A stretch of DNA of 64,000 bases from Patescibacteria group bacterium (GTDB lineage Bacteria; Patescibacteriota; Minisyncoccia; Phycocordibacterales; UBA9973): positions 133,864 to 197,863 of the forward strand of contig JAZKIP010000001.1 in the NCBI GenBank assembly GCA_040384805.1, in the 5' to 3' direction. Below the pieces are notes generated by a model. That model had not been told where the DNA came from, ran no database searches, and saw only the letters and a program-made list of their open reading frames with translations. This document shows positions 1-8,964 of this stretch, one piece after another. The position numbers and the translations under genes were made by a program. The stretch's first letter is position 1. Each line of letters opens with the position of its first letter.

Positions 1-973
1 CAAGGGCCTTGGTGCCGGCATGAATCCCGAGATCGGCAGACGAGCAGCCGAGGAGACAAAAGCTGAAATCCAGGATGTTATCAAGGGTGCCGATATGGTC
101 TTTATCGCTTGCGGTATGGGAGGAGGCACAGGCACGGGAGCAGCGCCAATCGTCGCTCAGGCCGCCAAAGAACAGGGTATTTTGACAGTCGCGGTCGTTA
201 CGAAACCATTCTCCTTCGAGGGCAATCAGCGCATGAAGCTTGCAGAACAGGGATTAGCCGAGCTTGAACGCGAAGTTGACGCCATCATCGTCATTCCGAA
301 TGATCGTCTTCTCGTTATTTCCGGCAAGGATGTAGGCTTTCGACAGGCATTCGCCATGTGCGACGAGGTTCTTAAGCAAGCCGTTGAAGGAATTTCAGAA
401 TTGATTACGACCCCCGGAATGATCAATGTCGACTTTGCCGATATTAAAGCCGTGATGCATGACGCAGGATCAGCTATTATGGGAATCGGCATTGCTGCAG
501 GCGAAGGCCGTGCTGAAAAGGCCGCTCTTCAGGCGATCAACTCCCCTCTCCTTGATCTTTCGATCTCAGGCGCTCGAGGAGTCCTCTTTGCCATCTCGGG
601 TGGCGATGATCTGACGATTCATGAAATCCAGGAAGCTGCGCGCATTATCACCGAATCGATCGACAAGGATGCCAAAGTCATATTCGGAACGATCAAAGAT
701 GAGAAGCTTAAAAAAGGAGAGATGAAAGTAACAGTTATCGCTACAGGTTTCCCAACCGATATGCCGAAGAGATCCCTTTTCCAAAGCACTCAGAAATCCG
801 ATCAAACGGTTGCAAACTCGACAAAAGAAGACATTCTACAGGCAGCAACAGGCAGCAAGGATTCCTCAAATGACTATATAAAGAAATCGGACAAGGAAAA
901 AGATGATGATCTTTTCATTGACGATACTGATGACTGGAGCACAGTTCCGGCATTCCTGCGAAGAAAGAAGTAG
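1..973 (+). CDS. ftsZ: Cell division GTPase FtsZ, 5'-partial. The frame is open from the window start; the first in-window Met is at 20.
   Basis: Translation from position 2 reads [18 protein letters not shown]. It carries the tubulin/FtsZ signature [16 protein letters not shown] and the C-terminal core ...VIATGF. The ORF track gives 20..973, but the frame is open upstream to the window edge. Confidence 0.9.
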   Translation, partial: KGLGAGMNPEIGRRAAEETKAEIQDVIKGADMVFIACGMGGGTGTGAAPIVAQAAKEQGILTVAVVTKPFSFEGNQRMKLAEQGLAELEREVDAIIVIPNDRLLVISGKDVGFRQAFAMCDEVLKQAVEGISELITTPGMINVDFADIKAVMHDAGSAIMGIGIAAGEGRAEKAALQAINSPLLDLSISGARGVLFAISGGDDLTIHEIQEAARIITESIDKDAKVIFGTIKDEKLKKGEMKVTVIATGFPTDMPKRSLFQSTQKSDQTVANSTKEDILQAATGSKDSSNDYIKKSDKEKDDDLFIDDTDDWSTVPAFLRRKK

Positions 974-981
974 CTAACATA

Positions 982-1013
982 CCAAAAACCGCGCAGGAAT
1001 GCGCGGTTTTTGG
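982..1013 (+). terminator. Rho-independent terminator after ftsZ
   Basis: Hairpin CCAAAAACCGCGCAGGAATGCGCGGTTTTTGG, a GC stem followed by a T-run, immediately after the ftsZ stop. Confidence 0.6.
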
Positions 1014-1056
1014 TATGTTATTCTTCCTAATATTCATATATGATATAATACGCTTT

Positions 1057-2001
1057 ATGTACGATTTAATCATCTTGGGAGGAGGACCGGCAGGCGCTGC
1101 AGGCGCTGTGTATAGTGCCCGCAAACAGCTTAAAACAGCGCTTATTACGCCTGAATTTGGAGGCCAATCAATAGTCTCGGAACTTATTTATAACTGGATT
1201 GGAACACCAGAAATATCAGGAGCCGATCTTGGAGCTAACTTAAAAAAACATGTTCTTTATTACAAAGGGCCCTTTTTGGATGTTATCGAACATGAACAAG
1301 TAATTAAAGTGGAAAAAACCGAGAATATAACAGTAATGACTGACCACGGAAATACTTATGAAACAAAAGCCCTTCTTGTGGCCACAGGCTCAGGCAGACG
1401 CAAGCTTGAAGCCATTAACGCTGATACATTTGAGCATAAGGGTATTACCTATTGCGCATCGTGCGATGGTCCCCTTTTTGCCGATCAGGATGTTATTGTT
1501 ATCGGCGGAGGCAATGCGGGGTTTGAGTCCGCAGCCCAGCTTCTTGCCTACTGCAAAAGTGTCACACTTGTTCACCGAAGTGCCGAATTCCGAGCTGATG
1601 AAATTACGGTGAAGAAAATCTTTGAGAACCCGAAATTCCGGGCAATTACAAATGCCGACATTACCCGCGTTGACGGCCTGCCTGTGCAGGCAGGTGAACC
1701 TCAATTCGTAAGTTCTCTTACATATAGAGACAAATCGACTGGGCATGAAGTTACTCTTCCGACAGCCGGCATATTCGTTGAGATCGGACAGACGCCAAAT
1801 ACGGATTTCATGAAGGGAGTGGTGGGCATCGACGATTTCAACAAGATCATTGTCGATCCCATGACACAAATGACGAGTGTGCCGGGAATATGGGCGGCCG
1901 GCGATTGTACGAATGGCAAGTATCACCAGAACAATATCGCGGCCGGTGACGCAGTGAAGGCCCTTGAAGACGCGTATCAGTGGATCCATAAGAATGGATA
2001 A
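1057..2001 (+). CDS. trxB: Thioredoxin-disulfide reductase (FAD/NAD(P)-binding). Start placed at MYDLIILGGG.
   Basis: N-terminal dinucleotide-binding motif LIILGGGPAGAAGAVY. Redox-active CxxC in CASCDG. Second Rossmann motif VIGGGNAGFESA. C-terminal AAGDCT motif. The ORF track starts at 1015; the internal Met at 1057 fits the Rossmann N-terminus better. Confidence 0.8.
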   Translation: MYDLIILGGGPAGAAGAVYSARKQLKTALITPEFGGQSIVSELIYNWIGTPEISGADLGANLKKHVLYYKGPFLDVIEHEQVIKVEKTENITVMTDHGNTYETKALLVATGSGRRKLEAINADTFEHKGITYCASCDGPLFADQDVIVIGGGNAGFESAAQLLAYCKSVTLVHRSAEFRADEITVKKIFENPKFRAITNADITRVDGLPVQAGEPQFVSSLTYRDKSTGHEVTLPTAGIFVEIGQTPNTDFMKGVVGIDDFNKIIVDPMTQMTSVPGIWAAGDCTNGKYHQNNIAAGDAVKALEDAYQWIHKNG

Positions 2002-2010
2002 TAAGAACAA

Positions 2011-2057
2011 GCGTTAAATATAAATCCCCGCAATTTGCGGGGATTTATATTTAACGC
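2011..2057. terminator. Bidirectional terminator between the convergent trxB and nucleotidyltransferase genes
   Basis: A ~21-bp perfect inverted repeat GCGTTAAATATAAATCCCCGCAATTTGCGGGGATTTATATTTAACGC. Confidence 0.6.
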
Positions 2058-2080
2058 TTGCAGTTTCGGATTGTAAAGTA

Positions 2081-2815
2081 TTATAGATTTTCAAGAAGCT
2101 CCAATTGCTCTTTCGTATTGACCCCTAACGCTTCGCGCGGGTCAATAGTGACGGTCGTTATCTTTTGGTTCTCTTTAAAAGCCATGGCCACCAAATCAGT
2201 CAAATAATATTCTTGCTGTGCATTCTCATTCTTTAGATTGTGAAGATGTTTCCACATCCATGATGCATCAAAGCACATATAGGCCGGATTTACTTCCTTG
2301 ATGTCCTTCTCGTAATCCGTTGCATCTTTTGATTCAACGATTTTCACCACTGTATCCTTATCATTCCGAATAAACCGTCCAAATGCGACAAATGCCTCTC
2401 GCCAATCGTTAAAATCAGGAACAACGGCGGTTGCCATGGTGATCGTAGCCTTTTCTTTTTGATGAGTCACAATAAGGTTTTGTATTGTTTCCGCGCTAAT
2501 CAAAGGGTGGTCTGCATATAAAACCAAGATTGATGTTGCCTTTTCTGCAATGTTTTCAGCGCACATAACCGCGTGTCCTGTTCCAAGTTGTTCTTCCTGA
2601 ACCGCATACAAATACCGAGGGCCAAGAGCGCTACGCACAGAGTCTCCTTTTTGACCTATAACGATAATAGGATTGTCGCACATCCCTGATTTCTTTATGG
2701 AATGCAGGACATGCGTAATAAATGGTTTGCCATTGAGAAGCGTGAGGGCTTTCGGAAGTTCTGATTGCATGCGTTTGCCATGGCCGGCGGCAAGAATGAT
2801 GATTTGGGTGTTCAT
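2081..2815 (-). CDS. Sugar-phosphate nucleotidyltransferase (GlmU N-terminal domain-like)
   Basis: N-terminal LAAGHGKRM...PKAL signature of the GlmU/RmlA-type nucleotidyltransferase fold. Only ~244 aa, so the left-handed beta-helix acetyltransferase domain is absent. Confidence 0.6.
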   Translation of the reverse strand: MNTQIIILAAGHGKRMQSELPKALTLLNGKPFITHVLHSIKKSGMCDNPIIVIGQKGDSVRSALGPRYLYAVQEEQLGTGHAVMCAENIAEKATSILVLYADHPLISAETIQNLIVTHQKEKATITMATAVVPDFNDWREAFVAFGRFIRNDKDTVVKIVESKDATDYEKDIKEVNPAYMCFDASWMWKHLHNLKNENAQQEYYLTDLVAMAFKENQKITTVTIDPREALGVNTKEQLELLENL

Positions 2816-2855
2816 GGGGAAATATAATTAAATTAAGGAGATTTTGTGGTCAGGC

Positions 2856-2883
2856 GTAATTTTCTGCTGAAAATTCGCACGAC
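2856..2883. promoter_or_regulatory. Copy 1 of a conserved ~45-nt GC-rich/palindromic 5'-region motif (core AATTTTCTGCTGAAAATT)
   Basis: GTAATTTTCTGCTGAAAATTCGCACGAC. About 25/28 nt identical to the copy at 3303..3332 and the same element as 29884..29913. It lies ~40 nt upstream of the nucleotidyltransferase start on the minus strand. Confidence 0.4.
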
Positions 2884-2941
2884 TCTGGCTCCTCCGACCA
2901 AGATCGGAGTCCGGCTCGCACAAAAGTTCCCCGAACTTTTG

Positions 2942-3014
2942 TGCGCGATAGAGGAGTCGAACCTCTGACCTACCCCACGTCAAGGGGTCGCTCTACCAAC
3001 TGAGCTAACCGCGC
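2942..3014 (-). tRNA. tRNA-Val (anticodon GAC)
   Basis: Minus-strand sequence GCGCGGTTAGCTCAGTTGGTAGAGCGACCCCTTGACGTGGGGTAGGTCAGAGGTTCGACTCCTCTATCGCGCA. It folds as a cloverleaf with anticodon loop TTGACGT and T-loop GGTTCGA. Confidence 0.85.
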
Positions 3015-3064
3015 AAATAAATTCTATAAATAGACTGCCGTTTTTTTCGTGATCCCGTACGAAG

Positions 3065-3151
3065 CGGAGGGTACAGGATTTGAACCTGTGATCCCCTTAC
3101 GGAGATTCCGCTTTTCGAAAGCGGTGCATTCAACCTCTCTGCCAACCCTCC
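3065..3151 (-). tRNA. tRNA-Ser (anticodon CGA), with a long variable arm
   Basis: GGAGGGTTGGCAGAGAGGTTGAATGCACCGCTTTCGAAAAGCGG...CACAGGTTCAAATCCTGTACCCTCCG. It aligns position-for-position with E. coli tRNA-Ser (D-arm GAGAGGTTGAA). The anticodon loop is TTCGAAA. Confidence 0.85.
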
Positions 3152-3302
3152 GCTTCGTACGGGACGAGACGGTGCCTTCAACCACTCACCCACCCTTCCA
3201 ATAGGTTGGAAGGGAATCTCGGCTACCGCCGCAAGTGCTTTTCCATCTCCGATAAGGAAAAGCCTTTCGATTTCCCAACGCACGCAAAGCAGGAACCGGT
3301 CA

Positions 3303-3332
3303 TGTATAATTTTCTACTGAAAATTTGCGCGA
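3303..3332. promoter_or_regulatory. Copy 2 of the conserved GC-rich/palindromic motif, upstream (minus orientation) of the tRNA-Ser/Val unit
   Basis: Minus-strand reading is GGGGTCGCGCAAATTTTCAGTAGAAAATTATAC, preceded by GCCGACGGGCCGAGGC. Compare 29884..29913. Confidence 0.4.
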
Positions 3333-3687
3333 CCCCGCCTCGGCCCGTCGGCCTGTGGCTTTCGATTCTTCCCAAACGTGATTCCCATCACGTTTGGGAA
3401 TCACAAATTCGCTTAAAGCGAATTTGTGACCCTATAACCTGGATTTCCGAACTACCCTCCCTCTATCACCAGATCATCCAGAGTATACAAGATTTAGAGG
3501 CTTTTTTCAAGAAGAGCAAAAGAGCTCCAGATCCATAGCAAGCGTGTGTATTTTGCCCTACCTGATTATCATTTTTATGGTTCGCTATATTGATTTATAT
3601 GAAAGACATCATTACAAAATACCCCAATACATTACGGGAACATCGAATCAAACATCGCTTAACACAAAAGCAGATAGAGCGGTATTG

Positions 3688-4098
3688 TCATTCTTGAAAA
3701 AGGTAGAACTTCTTGTTTTTCTTCTCAAATTTCACCTTAAACTTTTCAAAAAAATCTTTCTGACCTAGTAAAGCCCCAAAGCGCATGTCAGGAACAAAAA
3801 TGACATCCATTTCTAAGAAATCTTTGAATCCCTCTACTTTAATATTGACAGTCGAAGTAAAAGAATCTATTCCTTTATCAGCAATTCCGGAAACTTTTAC
3901 TTTCTTGCATTTACTTATATCTATTCTTAAAGCGTCTGCTATTTCAGCATTGATAAGAGTCGTATCACATCCCGAATCTATCAAGCCAATACAAGAAAAA
4001 TGTTCTTCGTTGTGAGAAAGCTCTAATCCGATGATAGGACGATACATGATATGATCTCCCGACCATTCATTTGAATAACTGTATTCTTTCCATGCCAT
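3688..4098 (-). CDS. Retropepsin-like (clan AA) aspartic peptidase
   Basis: Contains GLIDSGCDTTLI, the hydrophobic-hydrophobic-D-S/T-G-A catalytic motif of retroviral-type aspartyl proteases. The size of ~136 aa is typical of single-domain bacterial retropepsin-like proteins. Confidence 0.55.
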   Translation of the reverse strand: MAWKEYSYSNEWSGDHIMYRPIIGLELSHNEEHFSCIGLIDSGCDTTLINAEIADALRIDISKCKKVKVSGIADKGIDSFTSTVNIKVEGFKDFLEMDVIFVPDMRFGALLGQKDFFEKFKVKFEKKNKKFYLFQE

Positions 4099-4104
4099 AG
4101 ATGT

Positions 4105-4317
4105 TTAGAAAGCAAATGAAATATCCTTTGGGAGAACTTTCATGTAGACAGCATTCGTTGTTCCTACTTTTTTCTTAAGTTGTACCAGACTATCCGAAGA
4201 AGCAAGAACTTTATCCCGGTTTGATGACAAAGCGACCCACTTGTTTTCGTGGCTCTTTGTTAGAATTTTGCTGAAATTAGTGTTCTTTTTCATAACTATA
4301 TTATATCTCATTGTCAT
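4105..4317 (-). CDS. Small hypothetical protein
   Basis: 70-aa ORF tightly spaced (6 nt) upstream of the protease gene. No recognisable motif. Confidence 0.35.
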   Translation of the reverse strand: MTMRYNIVMKKNTNFSKILTKSHENKWVALSSNRDKVLASSDSLVQLKKKVGTTNAVYMKVLPKDISFAF

Positions 4318-4368
4318 TAAAATTCCAACACTGCGATATATGTTTGTTTTAAAGTCAATATCTTACAA

Positions 4369-5490
4369 TTATGATATTTCTTTGGATTTCATCTGAATAA
4401 AATTGATTCCATTTTCAGTAATTAAAAATGCACGGTCAGCATGGCACCACCGGAACTGTACTGTATTTGGAGACTGTAGAACTGGAATCGAAGGGTGTAC
4501 ATTATGCCCTGATATCTCGCGAAAACTTGAAACATCTTTCCAATTTTCTTCTTCTAAAAAGGCGTTAATTTGTGATATATCTTCATTAAGTACTTTTATG
4601 GCAGTGATTTCGTCTGGTTGCATTTTAACTACTTCCAATCGATCTTCAAAAATTTTCTTTACATCTTTAAGGTACTTTACAAATCCTTTGTTTTTTAAAT
4701 TGAAAGAAAAAGTACTTTTTTCATAAGTATAATCTCTCGATAGTCCTGCATCCTCCTCTGGAAAATCCAATACACTTAATCCTTCAATACTACGCTCTGA
4801 ACTTCCAATAGGTTTAACATCACTAGAAGCGCTCAGGATATCAAAAATCTTACTCATCTGTTCTTTTGAAACTACATTTTCGCTGATCAATTTTTCTATG
4901 GTTTTTCCAGCCAGGACACTTGAAGGCAGTAAGCCTCTACGAATTCTAAATCTTTCATATCCAGGGATGACATTTGCCAAATCAATAGGCTTCTTTGTTT
5001 TTGCATCATAAAATGAATATAAATAGGTTGCACCTCCAGTAGGTTTTCTTTCTAATAAAGTAGTTTTAAAATCAAAAATTTTTTGTTTTAACATTCCTCC
5101 TTTTATAAAAAGTTCATTACTATTAGCAGTAAAACGATCAACTCCATCAAAAATATGAGCGAAGGAATGACCATCTATCATTTTCGAAAAATGTAATTTC
5201 TCCATTATAGAATTTAGTTTCTTTTGAAAATCATAATTTTGATACATTTTCTGGTTATATGACAATCTAGAATCTACCCCAGGAATAATTTTTGATAATT
5301 CCTCCCATGAGATCTTGAAGCGCGTATACCCTTCCACACCACCTGTTTCTTTTATGAATTGTTCATCAAAATCAACAATGTGTTTTTCAACGCTTATTTT
5401 TATATCGAGAACCTCCAAATCAAAATTTCCACGAATTGATTGCTCGTTTTTTTCAACAACTTTTTGAGAAAAGGGATTTTGTTTTTCCAT
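4369..5490 (-). CDS. Hypothetical protein (373 aa), no recognisable domain
   Basis: Long ORF in an AT-rich segment, ending 16 nt from tRNA-Glu. Lys/Glu/Phe-rich. Confidence 0.5.
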   Translation of the reverse strand: MEKQNPFSQKVVEKNEQSIRGNFDLEVLDIKISVEKHIVDFDEQFIKETGGVEGYTRFKISWEELSKIIPGVDSRLSYNQKMYQNYDFQKKLNSIMEKLHFSKMIDGHSFAHIFDGVDRFTANSNELFIKGGMLKQKIFDFKTTLLERKPTGGATYLYSFYDAKTKKPIDLANVIPGYERFRIRRGLLPSSVLAGKTIEKLISENVVSKEQMSKIFDILSASSDVKPIGSSERSIEGLSVLDFPEEDAGLSRDYTYEKSTFSFNLKNKGFVKYLKDVKKIFEDRLEVVKMQPDEITAIKVLNEDISQINAFLEEENWKDVSSFREISGHNVHPSIPVLQSPNTVQFRWCHADRAFLITENGINFIQMKSKEIS

Positions 5491-5505
5491 AAGCTTAAAA
5501 ATCTG

Positions 5506-5577
5506 TGACCCTACGGGGAATCGAACCCCGATTACCGGCTTGAAAAGCCGATGTCCTAACCGTTAGACGATAGGGCC
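5506..5577 (-). tRNA. tRNA-Glu (anticodon TTC)
   Basis: GGCCCTATCGTCTAACGGTTAGGACATCGGCTTTTCAAGCCGGTAATCGGGGTTCGATTCCCCGTAGGGTCA, with anticodon loop TTTTCAA. Confidence 0.85.
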
Positions 5578-5756
5578 AAATATGTAATTATTCTTACGTT
5601 CTTCTGGAATTACCCGATTACCAGTTCATGAAGCTGACATCCGCTATGGTCTTAATCTGGTTAAATATAAGGCCATAATGCTAGAGAGTATAGCATTTTT
5701 ACTTAAAAAGGCAATGATTTTAGTAAATTAAGCCTTGTAAAACAAGCTTATTTAGC

Positions 5757-5785
5757 TTGACAGATCTATACAAATATGCTATTAT
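5757..5785 (+). promoter_or_regulatory. Consensus sigma70-type promoter (TTGACA, 17-nt spacer, TATTAT)
   Basis: -35 TTGACA at 5757..5762, a 17-nt spacer, then -10 TATTAT at 5780..5785. It lies upstream of the 5'-UTR hairpin and ORF 5889. Confidence 0.5.
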
Positions 5786-5814
5786 ATAAATATATATCTC
5801 GTTCTTTGACAAGA

Positions 5815-5872
5815 AATTGTTAGAAAAAGCAAAGTATTCAAACTCTTGAATTTTTTGCTTTTTCTAACAATT
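5815..5872 (+). promoter_or_regulatory. Strong ~25-bp near-perfect hairpin in the 5' UTR of ORF 5889
   Basis: AATTGTTAGAAAAAGCAAAGTATTCAA-ACTC-TTGAATTTTTTGCTTTTTCTAACAATT. It has no downstream U-tract on the + strand and ends 16 nt before the start codon. Confidence 0.5.
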
Positions 5873-5888
5873 AAATAAACCCACAAAC

Positions 5889-6356
5889 ATGGCACATAAC
5901 TCTAAACCAGCGTCACCCCACGCCGCTCATCATGAACCTGACCCTGATCTGGTACCCCAAGTAACGGGATCCCAATCATGGGGAGTCATAGCAATTATTA
6001 TTGTTATCATAACGATAGCATTGATAACAACGGCTCTCTGGAGTAAATTTTCCGCAAAAACGTACTCCATGCAGGATGTCCAGTATGGGCAAGTTCTCAC
6101 GATCACCATTAAACCAAACAAGAGAGTCATTGTTGACGTAACACCTCGCGACTGGTGTCCGTTCTATTCGAACGGCACTCTACATGTCTATGACAGCAAC
6201 GACAACGAAAGGACACTTGAAGGAGACTCTTTTACAAGCGGCCGAGCCGTAAGCAAAGGATCTTTCACGTATGTCTTCAAGAACAAGCAAAAAAAATCAA
6301 TCACCCTCAAAGTAGGAAGATGCCGCTCGCAACAGAAGTGCAACATCCAATTTTGA
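5889..6356 (+). CDS. Hypothetical single-pass membrane protein
   Basis: His/Pro-rich N-terminus, then a TM helix IIAIIIVIITIALITTALW, then a ~100-aa extracytoplasmic domain. Confidence 0.5.
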   Translation: MAHNSKPASPHAAHHEPDPDLVPQVTGSQSWGVIAIIIVIITIALITTALWSKFSAKTYSMQDVQYGQVLTITIKPNKRVIVDVTPRDWCPFYSNGTLHVYDSNDNERTLEGDSFTSGRAVSKGSFTYVFKNKQKKSITLKVGRCRSQQKCNIQF

Positions 6357-6370
6357 AAAAACCCAAAACC

Positions 6371-7360
6371 ATGGCAACATTTATTGTAAATCTGTGGATT
6401 ATGCTGGGAGCATTGGCATTAATGGCGATTTTGAAATTTTTATTGCCCAAACTCTCCTATACCCTCAGAACCTCTCTGATTATTTCTTTTTTTCTTGTGA
6501 TTATTTTTCTGTACCAGATTGTCATCCTAATTCGCGATGACGCGACCTTTTGGTCGGTATTCTGGCCAGTGTTTCATCTGGGTGTTACAACCCTGTTCAT
6601 CTATCGGGGAGGCGTCGGACTTGCGTATAAGACAAGCACAATCGTCTTCTCAAAAGTTAACGGGGAGCCGGTTGGAGTCATCGGTGCCGGATCAATGAAC
6701 TGGAGAGATCCTTTTCTTGAAGAGGTAGGAAAAACCTTAAGCTTAAAAGAAATACTTATTGAGATACCTGAAACTCCTGAATTGCAAACAGCGAGCCGGG
6801 GTATTAAAGCTAAAATAAAAGAAATAAGTGCCACTTTACAGCTTATCGGTGACATCAGAAGTGTTTTCAAGATTGAAGGAGACTTTAAAACCATCAAGAA
6901 AAGAATTCAGTCATTCATCGATGAATTCTTTATCCATGAGGTCGGTGCCCTTACTCCGGAAAATCTGGATAAGGACAAAAAAGATACAATCCATACAATG
7001 GTCAAGAAACTCAAGCGTGAAACCAATGAATTTTGCCGCCACAGAAATTACCCGTACAGACTGACGGATGTTCTGATCGGAGACACTGAATTGGAAAAGG
7101 TATATTACGAAGCCTTGGCTGATATAATCCTAACTACCTTGAGAGAAGAGGCTAAGATGGTAAGCGCAGAAGGACACAAAGCTCGGATCCTAATGTTAGG
7201 AGGCGCCATTATGCCAAACGGAACCGAAGCAGAGAAAGTGACGGCCGCTCAAGTCACACTGGATATCGTGAAAAGAGACATCCAGGAAAAGAAATTTTCC
7301 TTGGATGATGATCTCCGGAAGCTTGTAAAAGAGGTAGTCGAGATCTTAAAAAGAAGATGA
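6371..7360 (+). CDS. Hypothetical membrane protein. Start placed at the internal Met MATFIVNLW to avoid overlap with the previous gene.
   Basis: Three N-terminal TM helices followed by a charged, helical ~220-aa domain. The ORF track starts at 6320. Confidence 0.5.
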   Translation: MATFIVNLWIMLGALALMAILKFLLPKLSYTLRTSLIISFFLVIIFLYQIVILIRDDATFWSVFWPVFHLGVTTLFIYRGGVGLAYKTSTIVFSKVNGEPVGVIGAGSMNWRDPFLEEVGKTLSLKEILIEIPETPELQTASRGIKAKIKEISATLQLIGDIRSVFKIEGDFKTIKKRIQSFIDEFFIHEVGALTPENLDKDKKDTIHTMVKKLKRETNEFCRHRNYPYRLTDVLIGDTELEKVYYEALADIILTTLREEAKMVSAEGHKARILMLGGAIMPNGTEAEKVTAAQVTLDIVKRDIQEKKFSLDDDLRKLVKEVVEILKRR

Positions 7361-7386
7361 TCAAATAAGTGAATCAAACAAAACCA

Positions 7387-7418
7387 AAACGCCCCGACAG
7401 TTAGTCGTGGCGTTTTTT
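7387..7418. terminator. Bidirectional terminator
   Basis: AAAACGCCCCGACAGTTAGTCGTGGCGTTTTTT between convergent genes. Confidence 0.55.
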
Positions 7419-7426
7419 ATTTTTGG

Positions 7427-8473
7427 CTAACGGGCTTCGATAGCGATCCAGTAATCATAGTTCCCTGCCGGAGTCGTCGGCGGGAAATACGTTTCTTCCA
7501 AGTAGGTTACATTCCCAATATTCGCAAAATCATTCAATCCCTTCTGCCGAGCGATCTCGATAAGGGCATTCTTAAGAGCGATCGCGCGCGCATCAACAAG
7601 CTTTTTGGCGACGCCGGAATCAACCGCGCGATAAGCCGAGGCTGTCGTCACGTATCTGCCGATAAGGGCGCTCGGCTTACTGCTCCGGAATGTAGGCGCC
7701 GGAAGAAGGGTGCAATCCTCTCTCGTTCCACTTCCAATCGGAGCGCGCGCATCCCACCAGACATAATAATATTTCGCATCCTTGTCATAGAGGGTTCGTG
7801 TCGCATAGGGCACGGGATACTCCTTGTCTATTTGGTCATCGCGCAGGCCCGTGTCCTGAAGCAGCCGCGCTCGGGCGATGGAAGCGATGGAATTAAGAGC
7901 CTTATATTCCGAAACATCGCGCACATAGACGTCCTTATGCCAGCACACGGAAGGATTATCGATATATTTTATGAAAGGACTTTGCGTGTAATTGCCGTTT
8001 GCCGCGACAGTCGAGGGATCGAATGCCTGATCCGGAGAACCGAGATCAACCATAGAACCGATATCGAGAGAATTCGTGTTTACTTCTCCGGAATCACCAA
8101 GATTTCCCTGTTGGTTATTGGCCGCTTGGTTCGGATTTTGCGTATTGACTGCGGTATTGTTGACTTCATAGTCGCCGCTATCTTGGATTTTGATCTTGTC
8201 TTCACCGACAGTACCGAGGATGAGCCTCATAATGCCGAATACGGCAACCATGATAAACAACCCGACAATCCCCCAGATCATGACTGATTTGCTCTTCTTG
8301 CGGACTTCCTCGTTGTTGGGAGAAAGCAAATATTGAGCGACCCCATAGAGAAAGTAAGCCATCGCACATCCGAACAAGAAGAATATAATAGGGTTAATAA
8401 TAACCCTATTGATACTCTGCATGAATGTTACAACGCTTGCGTCTGCAACATTGATGATGTGGAAATCAAACAT
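7427..8473 (-). CDS. Pilin-like N-terminal domain (TrbC/VirB2 or T4SS-pilin type) fused to a ~230-aa C-terminal extracellular domain
   Basis: The N-terminal region NPIIFFLFGCAMAYFLYGVAQYLLSPNNEEVRKKSKSVMIWGIVGLFIMV matches the FIWGxIQY...EE.K..GK..MIWGIVALFVM pattern of the three downstream paralogs. It is followed by an Asn/Gln-rich linker and a globular C-terminal domain. Confidence 0.5.
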   Translation of the reverse strand: MFDFHIINVADASVVTFMQSINRVIINPIIFFLFGCAMAYFLYGVAQYLLSPNNEEVRKKSKSVMIWGIVGLFIMVAVFGIMRLILGTVGEDKIKIQDSGDYEVNNTAVNTQNPNQAANNQQGNLGDSGEVNTNSLDIGSMVDLGSPDQAFDPSTVAANGNYTQSPFIKYIDNPSVCWHKDVYVRDVSEYKALNSIASIARARLLQDTGLRDDQIDKEYPVPYATRTLYDKDAKYYYVWWDARAPIGSGTREDCTLLPAPTFRSSKPSALIGRYVTTASAYRAVDSGVAKKLVDARAIALKNALIEIARQKGLNDFANIGNVTYLEETYFPPTTPAGNYDYWIAIEAR

Positions 8474-8485
8474 GACAACGCGTGC

Positions 8486-8851
8486 TTACGGACAGACGAT
8501 ACCCAAGTTGGCATTAGGAATACATGGAATCGAGCTTTCATTAAGCGCTGTCGGGCCGACACCGAATGTCGCCGTAATAACCTTGATAATGCCCCAGAAC
8601 GCAACGATAACGAAAAGGCCGATGAGCCCCTGGATGATTTTTCCGCGAGCTCCTTTTTTCGCTTCTTCGTCTGCTGAGACAGTGTACTGGATGATTCCCC
8701 AGATAAACCACACAACCGCGAGCGTGATCAAAACAGGAATGATAACATTGAGGATTCTCTGTATCGTCAAGATGATATCAAACGCGTCAGCTGCAAACAC
8801 AGAAACCGGAAAACTTCCAAGCACAGCCCCGAACCCGATAATTTTTTTCAT
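8486..8851 (-). CDS. T4SS-type pilin-like small membrane protein (TrbC/VirB2-like family)
   Basis: Signal peptide, then two hydrophobic helices separated by a short charged loop (WFIWGIIQYTVSADEEAKKGARGKIIQGLIGLFVIVAFWG). Family assignment is from pattern recall, not a database search. Confidence 0.5.
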   Translation of the reverse strand: MKKIIGFGAVLGSFPVSVFAADAFDIILTIQRILNVIIPVLITLAVVWFIWGIIQYTVSADEEAKKGARGKIIQGLIGLFVIVAFWGIIKVITATFGVGPTALNESSIPCIPNANLGIVCP

Positions 8852-8964
8852 ATAATATATTATATTACTAATGACTAATAATTGTCTTTTCTTGCCTGAG
8901 GCAATACAGAGACTATTGTGTATGGTTTGATTATATCACACAAACCAGCAAAAAATGCAATATC

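Noticed and set aside
3005-3283. 92-aa minus-strand ORF overlapping tRNA-Val/tRNA-Ser, and the 110-aa plus-strand ORF 3206..3538
   Set aside because: They overlap tRNA genes and highly structured leader/hairpin sequence and have no coding features. I also looked here for RNase P, tmRNA and SRP RNA signatures and found none. For example, there is no GGAAAGUCCGG/ACAGAAA motif and no tRNA-like CCA-end domain.
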